Positions 62,301 to 64,000 of a stretch of DNA of 64,000 bases are shown here, piece after piece. The notes beneath the pieces were generated by a model. It worked only from the letters and a program-made list of their open reading frames with translations, was not told the origin of the DNA and did no database searches. Position 1 is the first letter of the stretch. Every line of letters starts with the position of its first letter. The stretch spans positions 64,001 to 128,000 of the forward strand of contig CBDCFW010000001.1 in NCBI GenBank assembly GCA_965216465.1, given 5' to 3'. A program made the translations under genes and the position numbers. The stretch is from Bacteroidia bacterium. GTDB taxonomy: Bacteria; Bacteroidota; Bacteroidia; NS11-12g; UBA9320.

Positions 62301-62735
62301 TTGGGTTGTTACCAATTGAGAATCGATGATTCGGATGGTGATGGAATTAGCTTCTGGGCAAACAACGACGGTTCTGGTTTCTTTAGAATTGTAGAAGTTG
62401 GCGGCTCAACGCTTAAAGTACTGAACGGTGATTTCGGAAGCAGCTCTACAGTAAACTTCACCATTACCCATAAGTTAGATGTTCCAGAGCGTGTAATCGA
62501 CTACGGATACAACTGCTATCCTAATCCAGCAAAAGACCAGCTTGTTATTGAAGGCCATGATTTGATGAATACAAACATGAGCTTAATTAACAGCATAGGA
62601 CAAGAAATAGAAGTTCCTTCAATTAACGGAGATACTGAAATTATTTTAAACATCAGCAACCAACCTACTGGCGTTTACTTTGTTAGACTAGAGAAAGATG
62701 GAGTTGTTTGGACATCAAAAGTGATCATCCAATAA
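59337..62735 (+). CDS. Peptide-N-glycosidase F-related protein with LamG domain and T9SS type A C-terminal domain
   Basis: CGEWDY, LamG (DGKWHHVA, G.MDEVRLW), F.TPYG, ITGHG, RAGWCPG, YPNPA...GVYFV; start ATG 59337. Confidence 0.85.
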   Translation: MSKLKHLLIVLLAGFSLNLQAQDTVVVNTLNYGSTTRDTIIEFPSGNDTYEKIIMLYNMRCKDNLVSDGNNRNRGCGEWDYSCNTYITDSAKIDSLKATTADYQISQFSGSTFTYSNTPSYNIHRKMNVTTTVDSSKNAAVSGVGTFAGSYLEILSLNSDLSVGKSQFLYSAYELKQAGLTAGNINSLYMQSFVGGYDIGHVSIKLKTTTADSLGLGELEFTGFQEVFSQNVWLNIDTNKFDFYQPFMWDGTSNLIVEISYQGVYKGLAPVLFRSDYQDTVKTVQTLSGRSIVMDGSTYVSVNGYKGISGNASRSIDAWIKTSSVNGEICSWGKNSAGQKWVFRVNDNGTIRVEVNGGNIYGTTNVADGKWHHVACVFDGTHVNDIKLFVDGDEESIGATANHVVNTVDEIDVRLSRGVNNRYFNGNMDEVRLWSRALTNAEIKKLSQGNTLDNDDIEFHYHFEEIENTNTVNSFFVNRPATIIGNAKLEQQRFYALNHDFSEQVLRPVVSFVSGDFFITNDTTYSFDSIVQPPNSVVKFEVESQANTIYSDNIVPLDTQYVWNSSNMTTFFDESGNQYDQVGLGNDGSIDIASLTYMRRWPSTFEIMSFVTPYGIGLNLGIDGKTWTFDVSDFAPLLKGKKRMYLSRGGQWQEEMDIKFLFIKGTPTREVLDIRQIWPTAQVTANYTQLISNDVYFPPVSYPTLANGKGFKVRSAITGHGQEGEFIPRNHFITVSDTTYNRTVWKDCGENPIYPQGGTWIYDRAGWCPGMATDVAEYDITKRVTPGEGIDLDYGVTDGSGNSRYIVNNQIVTYGDYNFEVDADLVDIMEPSNKVEYARLNPMCINPKAHVRNNGSALMTSITIDYWVNDKSNKRTFTWPCHLRPGEIETVYFPIDNSVWSTAVQDNSVFSAEITAVNGGADEYAQNNVYHSPFEFPDVYPGNIYLFYRTNNAAHETSLKLVDEWGKTVFERTNHANSTLYRDTLSLGLGCYQLRIDDSDGDGISFWANNDGSGFFRIVEVGGSTLKVLNGDFGSSSTVNFTITHKLDVPERVIDYGYNCYPNPAKDQLVIEGHDLMNTNMSLINSIGQEIEVPSINGDTEIILNISNQPTGVYFVRLEKDGVVWTSKVIIQ

Positions 62736-62768
62736 ACCTATCTGAAATATTACCTTTGCACCAATTTT

Positions 62769-63974
62769 ATGAGCGAATTTAAATTGAATACCATTGAAGA
62801 GGCCATTGAAGAAATTCAAAATGGTAAAATGGTTATCGTGGTTGACGATGAAGACCGTGAAAATGAAGGAGACTTCCTAACGGCTGCCAGAAATGTAACC
62901 ACCGAAATGGTCAACTTCATGGCCAAAGAAGGAAGAGGTTTAATTTGTGTTCCCTTAACTGAAGAACGTTGCGAAGAACTCGACCTTGAACTAATGGTTG
63001 GAAAAAATACGGCTCAGTACGAGACTCCATTCACTGTATCAGTTGACCTTATAGGTCATGGCACCAGTACTGGAATTTCGGCATACGATCGTGCTATGAC
63101 TATCCAAGCCTTGGTTGATCCAAAAACAGATCCAAAAGAGCTTGGTAAACCCGGTCACATCTTCCCGCTTAAAGCTAAAACAGCTGGTGTATTACGCCGC
63201 GCTGGACATACAGAAGCTGCAATCGACTTAGCACGTTTAGCTGGTTTTGAACCAGCAGGTTGTATCGTTGAAATCATGAACGAAGATGGTACCATGGCAC
63301 GTCTACCTGACTTGGTTAAGGTTGCGAACAAATTCGACATGAAGATTGTTTCAATTGCTGATTTAATAGAATTCAGATTGAAGCACGAAAGTTTAATTGA
63401 ACGCGAAATTGATGTTAAAATGCCTACAGACTTTGGCAACTTTGACCTCGTGGCATACAAACAAAAGTCTAACGGAATGGAGCACCTTGCTCTGGTAAAA
63501 GGCGAATGGGAAGCTGATGAAGCTGTTTTAGTTCGCGTTCACTCTAGCTGTGTTACTGGCGATATTTTTGGAAGCTGTAGATGCGACTGCGGAGAGCAAT
63601 TGCATAAAGCCATGGAAATGATCGAAAAAGAAGGCAAAGGTGTTATCGTATACATGAACCAAGAAGGACGAGGCATTGGCTTATTGAACAAGCTTAAAGC
63701 CTATAAACTTCAAGAAGGAGGAATGGATACGGTTGAAGCCAATATTGAGCTTGGTTTCAAAATGGATGAGCGTGACTATGGTGTTGGTGCTCAGATTCTT
63801 AGAGACCTTGGTGTCCACAAAATGAAATTAATGAGCAACAATCCGAAGAAGCGTAAAGGATTAATTGGCTATGGCCTTGAAGTGGTAGACAATGTACCGC
63901 TACAAGTTGAACCTAATCCACACAACTTTGGATACCTCAATACGAAGAAAGAGAAAATGGGTCACGAACTGTAG
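62769..63974 (+). CDS. ribBA: Bifunctional DHBP synthase / GTP cyclohydrolase II
   Basis: [54 protein letters not shown]. Confidence 0.97.
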   Translation: MSEFKLNTIEEAIEEIQNGKMVIVVDDEDRENEGDFLTAARNVTTEMVNFMAKEGRGLICVPLTEERCEELDLELMVGKNTAQYETPFTVSVDLIGHGTSTGISAYDRAMTIQALVDPKTDPKELGKPGHIFPLKAKTAGVLRRAGHTEAAIDLARLAGFEPAGCIVEIMNEDGTMARLPDLVKVANKFDMKIVSIADLIEFRLKHESLIEREIDVKMPTDFGNFDLVAYKQKSNGMEHLALVKGEWEADEAVLVRVHSSCVTGDIFGSCRCDCGEQLHKAMEMIEKEGKGVIVYMNQEGRGIGLLNKLKAYKLQEGGMDTVEANIELGFKMDERDYGVGAQILRDLGVHKMKLMSNNPKKRKGLIGYGLEVVDNVPLQVEPNPHNFGYLNTKKEKMGHEL

Positions 63975-64000
63975 ACCCTTCTTTTACCATGCTTCATCTT

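Overview
AT-rich chromosomal window from a Bacteroidota bacterium, probably a free-living Flavobacteriales/Bacteroidia type (TAnnTTTG -7 promoters, T9SS C-terminal domains, long SecA, ECF/FecR/TonB receptor). Most of it is housekeeping: htpG, purD, secA, rpiB, tatC, fabG, pepE, FKBP, ABC-F, ribBA, an ars operon, arginine/citrulline amidinotransferases and phosphate uptake genes. The ORF track misses two genes. One is a giant (>2156 aa) minus-strand secreted protein with about 39 tandem 49-aa Cys/DS repeats that runs off the left edge. The other is a 50-aa ORF resembling a stand-alone anti-sigma domain between an ECF sigma and fecR. The most interesting candidate system is a Cys-containing, RPP-ending leader ORF whose last codons can base-pair with the translation-initiation region of a downstream CxxC beta-barrel/His-rich lipoprotein pair, suggesting a metal-sensing ribosome-stalling switch. 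Other signals are an 11-bp-period Pho-box-like motif before three phosphate genes, an integrase-less ~1 kb toxin-antitoxin islet at tRNA-Cys, sigma54-like promoters at htpG/yugP/secA, tandem His-Thr barrel paralogs and a frameshifted tryptophan dioxygenase. All family assignments come from motif recognition by eye; no database searches were run.
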